NCBI GenBank assembly: GCA_963777315.1
Contig: CAVZQC010000001.1
Coordinates: forward strand, 384,001-448,000
Source: Vulcanimicrobiota bacterium
GTDB lineage: Bacteria > Vulcanimicrobiota > Vulcanimicrobiia > Vulcanimicrobiales > Vulcanimicrobiaceae
Reading direction: 5' to 3'
DNA length: 64,000 nucleotides
Below, in pieces: positions 38,728-47,908 of the stretch. Position 1 is the stretch's first letter. The number at the start of each line of letters is the position of its first letter. The notes below the pieces were generated by a model. It saw only the letters and a program-made list of their open reading frames with translations. It was not told where the DNA came from and ran no database searches. The translations under genes and the position numbers were made by a program.

Positions 38728-40209
38728 CTAGTTTGCCGGACGCCAGCGCAAATCGGGCGAGCGCGCTGCGCGCGTTTCGTCCAGCCGCCCGACGACCGTG
38801 TTCGTGGGCGCGGCGAGAATCGAGTCGGGATCGGTGTGCGCGGTCTGCACGATCTCGCGCAGCGCCTGCACGAAAGCATCGAGCGTTTCTTTCGATTCGG
38901 TTTCCGTCGGTTCGATCATCAGGCACTCCGGAACGATCAGCGGAAAGTACATAGTCGGGGCCATGAACCCGCGATCGAGCAGTGCTTTGGCGATGTCCAG
39001 CGCGCGCACACCGGTTTCTTTCTTCAGATCCTGCGCGGACGCGACGAACTCGTGCCGGCAGACCTCGTCGTACGGCGTGGTCAAAAATTCGCGCACCTTC
39101 ACCCGCAGGTAGTTTGCGTTCAGGACCGCCAAACGCGAGACTTGCGTCAATCCTTGCGCACCGTTGGCGTAAATGTACGCCAGCGCGCGCACGGCGTGCG
39201 CAAAGTTCGACCAAAACGACCGCATCGGCCCGATCGATTTCGGCAGATTGAAGTCGAGGAAATATTCCATCCCATCGCCGGATCCGCCGCGCGCGCGAAC
39301 GTACGGGGTGGGCAGGTACTCTACCAAGTGTGCCGCGACGCCCACGGGGCCGTGGCCGGCGCCTCCGCCGCCATGCGGAATGGTAAAAGTCTTGTGCGTG
39401 TTGAGATGCATCAGATCGAATCCCATGTCGCCCGGACGCGCGTTTCCCATCAGTGCGTTGGCATTGGCTCCGTCGTAATACATCAGCCCGCCCGCGTCGT
39501 GCACCGCTTGAGCGATCTCGGCAATGTGGTCTTCGAACAGCCCCAGCGTGTTGGGATTGGTCATCATGCACACCGCGGTGTCGGGTCCAAGCACCTTGCG
39601 CAGCTCTTCGACGCTCACGCGTCCCCGCCGATCGCTTTGCAGCGAAACGACCTTAAACCCGCACATGGCTGCGGATGCGGGGTTGGTGCCGTGAGCAGTA
39701 TCGGGCACGATCACTTTGTCGCGCGCGGTCTGCCCGCGCTCCTTGAAATACGCCTTGGCCATGAGCAGCGCGGCCAGTTCGGCGTGCGCGCCCGCCGAAG
39801 GGTTGAGCGAAAATGCCGCCATGCCGAAAAGCGAGCATAGGCTGCGCTCGAGCTCGTACATGATTTGCAGCGCGCCTTGCGCGAGTTCGTTGGGCGTGTA
39901 CGGATGCAGATCGGCTAGTCCCGGCAGACTCGCCATCGCGTCGTTCACCCGCGGGTTGTACTTCATCGTGCACGAGCCCAGGGGATAGAATCCGACGTCG
40001 ATGCCGAACGTGCGCTGCGACAGACGCGTGAAATGGCGAACGACGTCGAGCTCGGTGTTGTCGGGAAGGGGCAGCTCTTCGCGCAGCGCCTCCGGCGGCA
40101 AAAACTCGGCAAGGTCTCGACCTGCATCCAGATAGCGGTTGGCGCGGCCGTCCTGTCCCGTCTGGAAGATCAGCGGCGAAGCGGTATGATCAGACGCTAA
40201 GCGTGACAC
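38728..40209 (-). CDS. gcvPB: Glycine dehydrogenase subunit 2
   Basis: PLGSCTMKYNP, AHGTNPAS, HLNTHKTF..PHGGGG and IEPTETES motifs. Confidence 0.96.
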   Translation of the reverse strand: MSRLASDHTASPLIFQTGQDGRANRYLDAGRDLAEFLPPEALREELPLPDNTELDVVRHFTRLSQRTFGIDVGFYPLGSCTMKYNPRVNDAMASLPGLADLHPYTPNELAQGALQIMYELERSLCSLFGMAAFSLNPSAGAHAELAALLMAKAYFKERGQTARDKVIVPDTAHGTNPASAAMCGFKVVSLQSDRRGRVSVEELRKVLGPDTAVCMMTNPNTLGLFEDHIAEIAQAVHDAGGLMYYDGANANALMGNARPGDMGFDLMHLNTHKTFTIPHGGGGAGHGPVGVAAHLVEYLPTPYVRARGGSGDGMEYFLDFNLPKSIGPMRSFWSNFAHAVRALAYIYANGAQGLTQVSRLAVLNANYLRVKVREFLTTPYDEVCRHEFVASAQDLKKETGVRALDIAKALLDRGFMAPTMYFPLIVPECLMIEPTETESKETLDAFVQALREIVQTAHTDPDSILAAPTNTVVGRLDETRAARSPDLRWRPAN

Positions 40210-41551
40210 CCGCCACCTCCATGAGGGCCGCGCACAGCGCGTCGATGTCCGAGCCGGAAGTCACTTCGGTCGCCGTCATCAGGATGCAGTCGGCGTACTC
40301 CGGATAGTAGCGTCCCACGTCAAGTCCGCCGAGGATTCCTCGCTCCTGCAAATGCGCCAGCACCGCAGCGGCGGGCTGATGGACATTGACGAGCATCTCG
40401 TTGAAAAACGGCGCATCGAACCGCAAGCTGCAGCCGGCAAGCGAACTCACGCGCGTTGCCAGTTCGCGCGAACGCGCGAGGTTGGCCGCAGCGGCATCGC
40501 GCAGGCCGGTTTTTCCCATGAGCGCCAGGTAGATCGTTGCGATCAGCGCGCAGTGCGCTTGATTGGTGCAAATGTTCGACGCGGCGCGCTCGCGCCGGAT
40601 GTGCTGTTCGCGCGCCTGCAACGTCAGCACGAACGCTTCGTTGCCGTGCACGTCGAGCGTCTTGCCGACCAGGCGCCCCGGAATCCGGCGCAGGTGCTCT
40701 TGGCTGGAAGCGATGAAACCCGCGTACGGACCGCCGTACGCGACGGGGATGCCGAAGCTCTGCGCTTCGCCGGCAACGATCTCCGCGCCCCACGACGCGG
40801 GCGTTCGCAGCGCCGCCAGCGCGAGTGCCTCCGCCACGACGCCGATCGCGACGGTGCCGCTGCTTCTTGCAGCAGCGATCGCCGCCGCATCGGGCGCGTC
40901 GACGTTGCCGAAAAAGTTCGGCGATTGAATCGCGACGCACGCGTACGCCTTGTCCGCGAGCCGGTCGCTCAGGCCCGCCGTGTCCGTCGTGCCGTCGGAC
41001 GCTATCGGAAGCTCTTCGATCTCAACGTCCAAACCGTCGCAATACGTTTTGAGCACGGCGCGATAATTGGGGTGAATCGCGCGCGACACGAGCGCTTTTC
41101 TGCGTCCGGTCGCATTGATGGCCATGATCGCGGCTTCTGCCAGCGCCGTTGCACCGTCATACACGGACGCATTTGCAATGTCCAGCCCGGTGAGCAGGCA
41201 GATGTAGGTTTGCCACTCGTAGATCGCCTGCAGATAGCCTTGCGAGACTTCCGCTTGATACGGCGTGTACGCGGTGAGAAATTCTCCGCGCATCGCCAAT
41301 GCTGCGATCGCAGGGGGTGCGTAATGCCGGTACGCGCCCGCGCCTAAAAAAGAAACGTACGAGGCACCGGTATTTTTCTGGGCAAACCGCTCGAACCGCT
41401 TGACGATATCGGCCTCGCACAGCGCCGGAACCACGTCCAAGCGCTCGCGCAGCTTGACGGATTCGGGCACTTCGAGGAGCTGGTCCAGCGACGGCACGCC
41501 GACGGCCTCGAGCATTTCCCGAACGTCTTTCTCGGTATGCGGGACGTACAT
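40190..41551 (-). CDS. gcvPA: Glycine dehydrogenase subunit 1
   Basis: TAYTPYQAEVSQG, NASVYDG and REQHIRRERAASNICTN motifs. Confidence 0.96.
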   Translation of the reverse strand: MYVPHTEKDVREMLEAVGVPSLDQLLEVPESVKLRERLDVVPALCEADIVKRFERFAQKNTGASYVSFLGAGAYRHYAPPAIAALAMRGEFLTAYTPYQAEVSQGYLQAIYEWQTYICLLTGLDIANASVYDGATALAEAAIMAINATGRRKALVSRAIHPNYRAVLKTYCDGLDVEIEELPIASDGTTDTAGLSDRLADKAYACVAIQSPNFFGNVDAPDAAAIAAARSSGTVAIGVVAEALALAALRTPASWGAEIVAGEAQSFGIPVAYGGPYAGFIASSQEHLRRIPGRLVGKTLDVHGNEAFVLTLQAREQHIRRERAASNICTNQAHCALIATIYLALMGKTGLRDAAAANLARSRELATRVSSLAGCSLRFDAPFFNEMLVNVHQPAAAVLAHLQERGILGGLDVGRYYPEYADCILMTATEVTSGSDIDALCAALMEVAGVTLSV

Positions 41552-41554
41552 GCG

Positions 41555-41935
41555 CTAATCTTTAGCGATCTCGCGGTAGTCGCGCGCAGAGAGCAATTGC
41601 GAAGCCTGAGACGGATCGGAGAGCTTGAGTTTGAACATCCAGCCGCCGTCGAACGGCTCGCGGTTGACCAGTGCGGGATCCTTTTCGAGCTCGCCGTTGA
41701 CTTCGAGCACTTCACCGGAAACCGGCGTGAACAGATCCGAAACCGCCTTAACGGATTCGACCACGCCCGCAGTGCCGAACTGCTCGAGCGTGGCACCCAC
41801 TTTGGGAAGCTCGACGTAGACGATGTCGCCCAGCGAATTTTGGGCGTAGTCGGTGATGCCGATGACCGCGGTGCCGCCGTCAACCTCGACCCACTCGTGT
41901 TCTTTGCTGTACAGCAGATTTTCCGGCTGCGCCAA
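41555..41935 (-). CDS. gcvH: Glycine cleavage H protein
   Basis: HEW, GITDYAQ..LGD and ESVKAVS (lipoyl-Lys) motifs. Confidence 0.97.
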   Translation of the reverse strand: MAQPENLLYSKEHEWVEVDGGTAVIGITDYAQNSLGDIVYVELPKVGATLEQFGTAGVVESVKAVSDLFTPVSGEVLEVNGELEKDPALVNREPFDGGWMFKLKLSDPSQASQLLSARDYREIAKD

Positions 41936-41936
41936 G

Positions 41937-43043
41937 TCATTGACTCCTTTTGTAAAACGGCAGGGGGACGACTTCAGCGCCGTACGCCGTGCCGCGGATA
42001 TGGATCACCAGCGGCGTGCCGGCGGTCGAGGCGGATTTTTCGACCAGGGCCGTGGCGATGTTCTTGTTGTGAACCGAGGGCCCGATCGAACCGCTGCGGA
42101 TCTCTCCCACATGGCGATCGCCCATGAATACGCGATAGCCTTCGCGCGCCGGAGCTCGACCGTCCATCACTATGCCGGCGATCCGGTCGAACGCATCCTC
42201 CGCTTTCTGCTTCTCCAGGGCTGCTTTGCCGGCGAAATGCGCCTTGTTCAGCTTGACCGCCCAGCTCAAACCGGCTTGGAGCGGCGTGATCTCTTCGGTG
42301 AGCTCGTGGCCGTACAGGGGCATGCCGGCTTCCAGCCGCAGCACGTCCCGCGCGCCCAGACCTGCGGGTATAAGCCCGCCTTGCGCGTTATCCCGCAGCA
42401 GAGCATCCCAAATCAGCGGCGCATCCGCACCGTCGACGAACAGCTCGAATCCGTCTTCGCCCGTGTAGCCCGTGCGCGCGATCACTGCGGGCTTTCCGTA
42501 TACCGTTCCCTGCGCGCAGAAATAATACTTGAGCGCGGCGACGTCGACGTCGGTATGCGGAGCGATCATTTCCACCGACTTGGGACCCTGGATCGCGATG
42601 AGCGCGTTCCGGCCGTGCCGGCTGGATAATTCCACGCCCGAGTCGCCCAAATTGGCGTTCAGGTGCGTCCACATCTTTTCCGCGTTGCTCGCGTTGACGA
42701 CCAGCAGCCACCGGTCCGGCAACTTGTAGAAGATGACGTCGTCGAGCGCTCCGCCGCGTTCGTTGGTGAAGATGTTGTAGCGAGCTTGATCCGGTTTCAT
42801 CGTCGAAACCGCATTGGCCGTCAACTGGTCAGCCCACGATGCGACGTTGTCGCCTCGCAGAATGAATTGGCCCATGTGCGAGAGATCGAACAGTCCGGCG
42901 CGGTGACGCACCGCTTCGTGCTCCTTCAGAATGCTCGTGTACTGCACGGGCATGTCGAAACCGCCGAACGCAATCAAACGCGCGCCCAACTGCACGTGCC
43001 GGTCGTGAAGCGGGCTGCGCCGCGCTTGCGTTTGCGTCGTCAT
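41937..43043 (-). CDS. gcvT: Aminomethyltransferase (glycine cleavage T protein)
   Basis: FDLSHMG, RTGYTGEDGFE and GLGARDVLRLEAG motifs. Confidence 0.96.
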   Translation of the reverse strand: MTTQTQARRSPLHDRHVQLGARLIAFGGFDMPVQYTSILKEHEAVRHRAGLFDLSHMGQFILRGDNVASWADQLTANAVSTMKPDQARYNIFTNERGGALDDVIFYKLPDRWLLVVNASNAEKMWTHLNANLGDSGVELSSRHGRNALIAIQGPKSVEMIAPHTDVDVAALKYYFCAQGTVYGKPAVIARTGYTGEDGFELFVDGADAPLIWDALLRDNAQGGLIPAGLGARDVLRLEAGMPLYGHELTEEITPLQAGLSWAVKLNKAHFAGKAALEKQKAEDAFDRIAGIVMDGRAPAREGYRVFMGDRHVGEIRSGSIGPSVHNKNIATALVEKSASTAGTPLVIHIRGTAYGAEVVPLPFYKRSQ

Positions 43044-43477
43044 TGCGGTTTTTGCGGTTTCTCCCGAGGGTACGAGTTTAAAAAGTTCAGCGTGGCGTGC
43101 GCGACGAGCTTTTCGCCGCTGCGCACGTGAACCTCCCCGTACACGATGCGCCGTCCAGCCTTGAGCACGGTCGCTTCGGCGATGAGGTCGTGGGGCGGAA
43201 GCGCCGGCGCAAGATAGTTGCACTGCAGCGCTACGGTCGTCGTATCCTGATCCCGGCCGTAAATCGAGGCCAGCGCTAAATAAAAGCAGGTGTCGCATAG
43301 GCTCACGATAGCTCCACCGTGCACCGCGCCCGTTCCGTTGGATATCTGCGGACGGTAAGGCATGCGCATCGACGCTTTGCCGTCGCCCACGCTTTCGAGC
43401 TTCAAATCGAGCAACTCGACGAAATGCGACTTTTCTTTGTCCCACTGACGGCGCGCGGAATCTTGATCTATCGGCAC
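43040..43477 (-). CDS. PaaI-family thioesterase
   Basis: NGTGAVHGGAIVSLCD hot-dog fold motif. Confidence 0.88.
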   Translation of the reverse strand: MPIDQDSARRQWDKEKSHFVELLDLKLESVGDGKASMRMPYRPQISNGTGAVHGGAIVSLCDTCFYLALASIYGRDQDTTTVALQCNYLAPALPPHDLIAEATVLKAGRRIVYGEVHVRSGEKLVAHATLNFLNSYPREKPQKPQ

Positions 43478-43478
43478 G

Positions 43479-44300
43479 TCACAGCGTCTTCTGCGCGGTC
43501 TGGTGCGCGACGGCGCGATCGTACGCGTCCCGAAGATCGAGCGTACCACCGTGCAGCCGGTGCGCGCCGTCCACGGCAAGTGCGGCGCCGCTGATCCAGC
43601 TCGCCTGCGCCGAACACAACCACAGCGCCGCGCGCGCAACGTCTTCGGGCTCCCCCAAACGTCCGAGCGGAATGCGCGCGGTGGGCGCGCCGTGCGCACC
43701 GAGATCCGCAACGCTCCACAAGTTCTTGTCCGTGCCTTCGGTATGGATCGGACCGGGCGCAACGGCGTTCACGCGTATGCCGAATCGTCCCCACTCCGCG
43801 GCCAACGTGCGCGTCATGGCCAGGACGCCGGCTTTGGCGCACGCGGAATGGACGGCGGCGGGTTCGCCGCTCCATGCATAGGCCGCGATGATGTTGAGGA
43901 TGCAGCCTTGCGACTTGCGCAGATGCTCGAACGCGGCGTGCGTGCAATGAAACGTCCCGTTCAAAACGATGTCGACCACCGACTTAAAGCCGTTGGGCGA
44001 AAGCCGCTCGGACGGCGCGATGAAATTGCCGGCGGCGTTGTTGACCACAACGTCCAATCCGCCGGTCTGCGCGACGATCTGCTCGACGACTTCGTGCACG
44101 CGTTCGGGCCGCCGCACGTCGCACGACAACGCCAAGCCCGATCCCATCAATGCAACCGTTTCGTCCAGCGGCTCTTGGCGGCGGCCGATGACGCACACCG
44201 TTGCCCCCTCGCGGGCGAAGGCCAGCGCCATGGCCCGGCCCAGCCCCGAGCCTCCGCCGGTGACCCACACCGTTTTGCCCTGATAACTCGTGCAACTCAA
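43479..44300 (-). CDS. SDR oxidoreductase, 2,4-dienoyl-CoA reductase-like
   Basis: TGGGSGLG, NNAAGNF and HSACAKAG motifs. Confidence 0.85.
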   Translation of the reverse strand: MSCTSYQGKTVWVTGGGSGLGRAMALAFAREGATVCVIGRRQEPLDETVALMGSGLALSCDVRRPERVHEVVEQIVAQTGGLDVVVNNAAGNFIAPSERLSPNGFKSVVDIVLNGTFHCTHAAFEHLRKSQGCILNIIAAYAWSGEPAAVHSACAKAGVLAMTRTLAAEWGRFGIRVNAVAPGPIHTEGTDKNLWSVADLGAHGAPTARIPLGRLGEPEDVARAALWLCSAQASWISGAALAVDGAHRLHGGTLDLRDAYDRAVAHQTAQKTL

Positions 44301-45184
44301 AACGTCTCTCCGGGCTTTTGCAGTTCGCGGCGCAAATACAGCGGCAGCGCGAAGATGCGCCGGTGCGTCACGCCGTCGTAAAAGAAGTTGTCACCGCGCA
44401 AAGCGCGGCAGTACGCGTTCACGTGCCGTTCGTCCAAAGCGGCCACGTCGACGCCGTCGCTGCAGGCGATAAACGCCCAGTCGTTGTCGAACGCGGGCAC
44501 GTGCGTGTAGTACGAGGCAGCATAGGCGTAGTATCCGCGCAGCGTGCGCGCCATCTTCGCGTGCAGCGACGAGTTGTAGAAACCTGCGGTGCTGGCTTGC
44601 AGCACGTACACGCCGCCTTCGAGCAGCCGCGCTTTGATGTCGCGAAAGACCCTATCGCAAAACAGCGGGTTGCTGGGCGAATCCTCCAGCGGTTCGGTCA
44701 AATCGGAGATGATTACGCCGTATTGCTCGCGGTCTTGGGCTATGAACTCGAGCGCATCGCCCACGATCACCCGCGCGCGCGGATCGTCGAAGGCTCCGCT
44801 CGACCACTCGGGCAAGTATTTTTTCGACAGCTCGACCACTTGGCCGTCGATGTCGACCATCGTGGCGCGCTGCACGTCCGCATTGCGCAATACCTCGCGT
44901 AGCGTCGCGCCTTCGCCTCCGCCCAAAATCAATACCCGCGAACGATCCTGGGTCGCGGCCATGGCGGGATGAACCAGCGATTCGTGATAGATTTTCTCGT
45001 CGTGCTGGGAACTTTGCGTGTCGCCGTCCAGAACGAGCATTTTTCCAAAGACCGGCGTGCCGATCACCCCGACGCTTTGAAACGGCGTTCGACCGGCATA
45101 ATACACCTGCTCGATGGCGTGGTGATGCTGCTCCGTCGCGCAAAACTCTTCGACGTACCACTGCCAGCGCTGTGTCTTGGGCAT
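44297..45184 (-). CDS. speE: Polyamine aminopropyltransferase
   Basis: LDGDTQS, YHESLVHP, GGGEGATLRE, VDID and DLTEP motifs. Confidence 0.93.
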   Translation of the reverse strand: MPKTQRWQWYVEEFCATEQHHHAIEQVYYAGRTPFQSVGVIGTPVFGKMLVLDGDTQSSQHDEKIYHESLVHPAMAATQDRSRVLILGGGEGATLREVLRNADVQRATMVDIDGQVVELSKKYLPEWSSGAFDDPRARVIVGDALEFIAQDREQYGVIISDLTEPLEDSPSNPLFCDRVFRDIKARLLEGGVYVLQASTAGFYNSSLHAKMARTLRGYYAYAASYYTHVPAFDNDWAFIACSDGVDVAALDERHVNAYCRALRGDNFFYDGVTHRRIFALPLYLRRELQKPGETF

Positions 45185-45196
45185 AGCCCCCGTAGA

Positions 45197-46969
45197 TTAG
45201 GGGTGCTGCGCCAAACCGCCTATCAAGCCGAAGCCGCTCACCGACGCCTCGTCGGTGACTTGCACCGCCATGCCGGCGGCGGGGATTGACGGAATGCTTG
45301 CGTAGGCAAATCCTCCCAGCGGTGCGCGCACGGAAGTCGACGGGCCGTTCACCATCGTCGCCGACACGCCGCTCAGCGCCGTCGTGCTGCCGAATTGGTC
45401 GGAATACGAACGCGTGAGACCCAAACTGCCGAACTCGAACCTGCGATCCTGCGAACTTACGCCCATCGTACCGGCCGCCATCGCGAGCGCAAAATCGTCC
45501 TGCAGATCGCCCGCGGACTCGCCGGTTATGGCCTGCAGATTCGCAGCGCCGACCCGCCCGCCGGTTTCCATCGCATGCGTGAAGGCATCTCCGCCGAAAC
45601 GGTCGCGCAGATAACGTTGAAACAGGTACGCTACGCCGTAGCACCCGCCGGCGCAGTTGAACTGCGCGCTCGCGCCGTTGCCTCCCCAAGCGGCCGGATC
45701 GATTCCGCTAAAACCGCTCAGCGAGTAGTCGCCGGGGTCGGCTAAATACGCGTTCGCGCGCTGCAGCGCATCCGCCGAATCGAACTGCACGCCTTGGCCG
45801 CCGTACATGGCCGCAACGGCGAAGTCTTGCGCCAGCATCGACAGGCCTTCGTTGATGAACGTCGACTCCGTGCCGTTGAACGATGGCGAAGACGCTCCCG
45901 CGGCCAAAATAGAATGGTTGACGAAATTGATCAGGTGCTGCAGTTCGTGCGCGGTCGACCGCACCAAATCTTCGCGAAGGTCGTAATCGCTGCCCTCGCC
46001 CGCGAACCATCCGACGAAAATGAACGGCGCCTGGTTGGATTCGTACCCGCCGCTCAAGCAGTTCAATGCGGCCTGCGGCATGTAGTTGGCAGCCGAAAAG
46101 TATCCGCCCAAACCGCCCAAGCTTTGCGAGTTCACCACCATGACGTCGATGCGGCGATCTTGCGGTTCGGCGATATACGCCGGGGTCGTGCCCTGCGCCG
46201 CACCGCCGCTCGAACAGGCGGAATACTGCGGCTGCAGGCCGGGCGCTGAGGACGAATAGTCCGCAGATGCGAAATGCGCGGTGTCGGAAGCGTACGCGTT
46301 TTCGAAATCGGCCCCGATCTGCGCGACGTCGGGACTCAAGGCAGCCGCGATGGAGTCGTCGATCCAGATGTTGCCGTGTGCCGTTTGTCCCTCCAGCGTC
46401 GCCCAGACTTGCACGTTCGTGCGCGTTCCGCCCAGCGACCCTCGCTGCACCCAAATCGGCGCGTGCGCACCCAGTCGAAAGTCCGCGCTGCGCACGGCAA
46501 AGGACATGCGTGACGACGGCCCGGAACTGCCGCGGCTTGACGACGCGTGTTCGCGTGATATCAGCGCGGCGTCGTCGGCGGCGAATGCTTCAACCGGAGC
46601 GATGCGGCGCGGAGCTGTTGGACGCGCGAGCAGTGCGCTCGCCCGCGCGACGCTTTGCGAAACCGAAGGCGTGCCCACCACCAGCGTGTCGGGGGAGAAC
46701 GAGTCGGCCGACTGGGCTTGGCTGGACATGACCGCTACGATCGCTCGCTGAGCGCCCGGCGCGATCGTGCCGCCGCTCGAGAGCGGACCGGTGCTCTGCA
46801 GGTACGTAACGGGCCCCGACTGCGACGTCGCGGGCGGCTGCGTGGCCGCGGGTATCGGAACGAGCGCCGCGCTCGGGGCGGCCGCTCCGCCTCCTCCGCC
46901 GCCGCATCCTGCGCATGCCGCTACAGCTAAAGCCAGCGCGACGTGCAACCGGCGGCTTCTAACCTTCAC
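45197..46969 (-). CDS. Lipoprotein zinc metallopeptidase (M30-like)
   Basis: Lipobox-like ACAGC; AHELQHLIN zincin motif and downstream NEGLS. Confidence 0.72.
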   Translation of the reverse strand: MKVRSRRLHVALALAVAACAGCGGGGGGAAAPSAALVPIPAATQPPATSQSGPVTYLQSTGPLSSGGTIAPGAQRAIVAVMSSQAQSADSFSPDTLVVGTPSVSQSVARASALLARPTAPRRIAPVEAFAADDAALISREHASSSRGSSGPSSRMSFAVRSADFRLGAHAPIWVQRGSLGGTRTNVQVWATLEGQTAHGNIWIDDSIAAALSPDVAQIGADFENAYASDTAHFASADYSSSAPGLQPQYSACSSGGAAQGTTPAYIAEPQDRRIDVMVVNSQSLGGLGGYFSAANYMPQAALNCLSGGYESNQAPFIFVGWFAGEGSDYDLREDLVRSTAHELQHLINFVNHSILAAGASSPSFNGTESTFINEGLSMLAQDFAVAAMYGGQGVQFDSADALQRANAYLADPGDYSLSGFSGIDPAAWGGNGASAQFNCAGGCYGVAYLFQRYLRDRFGGDAFTHAMETGGRVGAANLQAITGESAGDLQDDFALAMAAGTMGVSSQDRRFEFGSLGLTRSYSDQFGSTTALSGVSATMVNGPSTSVRAPLGGFAYASIPSIPAAGMAVQVTDEASVSGFGLIGGLAQHP

Positions 46970-47014
46970 GCTCTGGATATCGGCGCGTTAAGGCAATGAA
47001 TACGCCCTTTTAAC

Positions 47015-47046
47015 AAAAAGAAAACGGCGTGCCGTTAGGCACGCCG
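47015..47046 (-). terminator. Rho-independent terminator after speD
   Basis: Minus strand CGGCGTGCC-TAAC-GGCACGCCG followed by TTTTCTTTTT. Confidence 0.85.
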
Positions 47047-47083
47047 CCGTTTTCGCGGGAGGTCTGTCAGGTCGGCAAAGTGC

Positions 47084-47497
47084 TTAGGCGGTCATCGGGC
47101 GGTCTTCCGCTTCGGTCGCCGTTACGACGTGCGTGAACGAGCCGTTTTGCGACTCGATGCCGCGCTTGAATTCGGTCGTGAGCATGCGTTTGGCGCTCAG
47201 CGCGCGCGCCGCATGTTCGCAGGCAAGCCAAGGGTTCGTATGGTCGCCGCACGTGTAAAAGTCCATGGCGGCGTAGCCCTTCTCGGGCCAAGTATGAATG
47301 GAAAGATGCGACTCGGCCAATATGACGGTCCCCGAGACGCCTTGGGGTTCGAACCGGTGGAAGGCGCTCTCCATAATGGTCGCTCCCGCCGCTTGGGCCG
47401 CTGCGATCATCATGGCATGGACGGCATTCACGTCCGCTAGCGCTGCCCCATCACACCCCGATAGTTCGCACACGATGTGCGTACCGAGTGCCTTCAA
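47084..47497 (-). CDS. speD: S-adenosylmethionine decarboxylase proenzyme (pyruvoyl-dependent)
   Basis: MKALGTH from TTG 47497 (alternative GTG 47572); FEPQGVS, LAE-SHLSIHTWPE and DFYTCG motifs. Confidence 0.93.
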   Translation of the reverse strand: MKALGTHIVCELSGCDGAALADVNAVHAMMIAAAQAAGATIMESAFHRFEPQGVSGTVILAESHLSIHTWPEKGYAAMDFYTCGDHTNPWLACEHAARALSAKRMLTTEFKRGIESQNGSFTHVVTATEAEDRPMTA

Positions 47498-47581
47498 TTT
47501 TTTTCTTTGCTCCTCGACCTTGGGGGAAATCCCACCTCCGGACTCGTCGGCTGGCGCCTGCTGTGCAGTCACGTCCCCGAC

Positions 47582-47644
47582 CTATCGGCGAACTCTTGCC
47601 GGCGCTTTTTCGGTGCGCGGGCGTCTCGCCGCAATGGCGCGCAA
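47582..47644 (-). CDS. Candidate Arg-rich leader peptide MRAIAARRPRTEKAPARVRR
   Basis: SD AAAGGGAGG (47661-47653), 8 nt, TTG 47644, TAG 47584-47582; 7 of 20 codons are Arg. Confidence 0.4.
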   Translation of the reverse strand: MRAIAARRPRTEKAPARVRR

Positions 47645-47686
47645 GAGGCGCGCCTCCCTTTACTCGAACTATCGGACCCGGCGCCT

Positions 47687-47715
47687 ATGATATCCCCTCA
47701 GACCCCCCCTGTAAA
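47687..47715 (-). promoter_or_regulatory. sigma70-type promoter for speD
   Basis: TTTACA-17 bp-TATCAT on the minus strand. Confidence 0.65.
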
Positions 47716-47798
47716 GCGGTCGCCGTACAAAGGCCCTGGAGCGGCGCCGCAAGGGCCGACGCCGTGAAACCGCCGTTTGAATCGCGCGGTTGCAGGAG

Positions 47799-47853
47799 AT
47801 AGTGAAGCTCAGGCCTTCACTATATTGACTATCGGGCACCCCGGGGGTAGCCT
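47799..47853 (+). promoter_or_regulatory. sufB promoter with a 9-7-9 inverted repeat abutting the -35
   Basis: ATAGTGAAG-N7-CTTCACTAT (47799-47823), then TTGACT (47825-47830)-17 bp-TAGCCT (47848-47853). Confidence 0.6.
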
Positions 47854-47908
47854 TGAAGTCGCTCCGGCCCCGTTTCAGGGGTCCGCAAGAGGAAGTACAG
47901 CTGCACGC

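Noticed and set aside
43044..45200. Glycine riboswitch upstream of gcvT
   Set aside because: gcvT overlaps the upstream PaaI gene, so there is no leader space, and I saw no aptamer motif.
47500..47680. SAM-I or spermidine riboswitch in the speD leader
   Set aside because: The core SAM-I elements (ATC-AGAG, GCAACC, GTGC, AGAT) are not recognisable by eye; an Infernal search would settle it.
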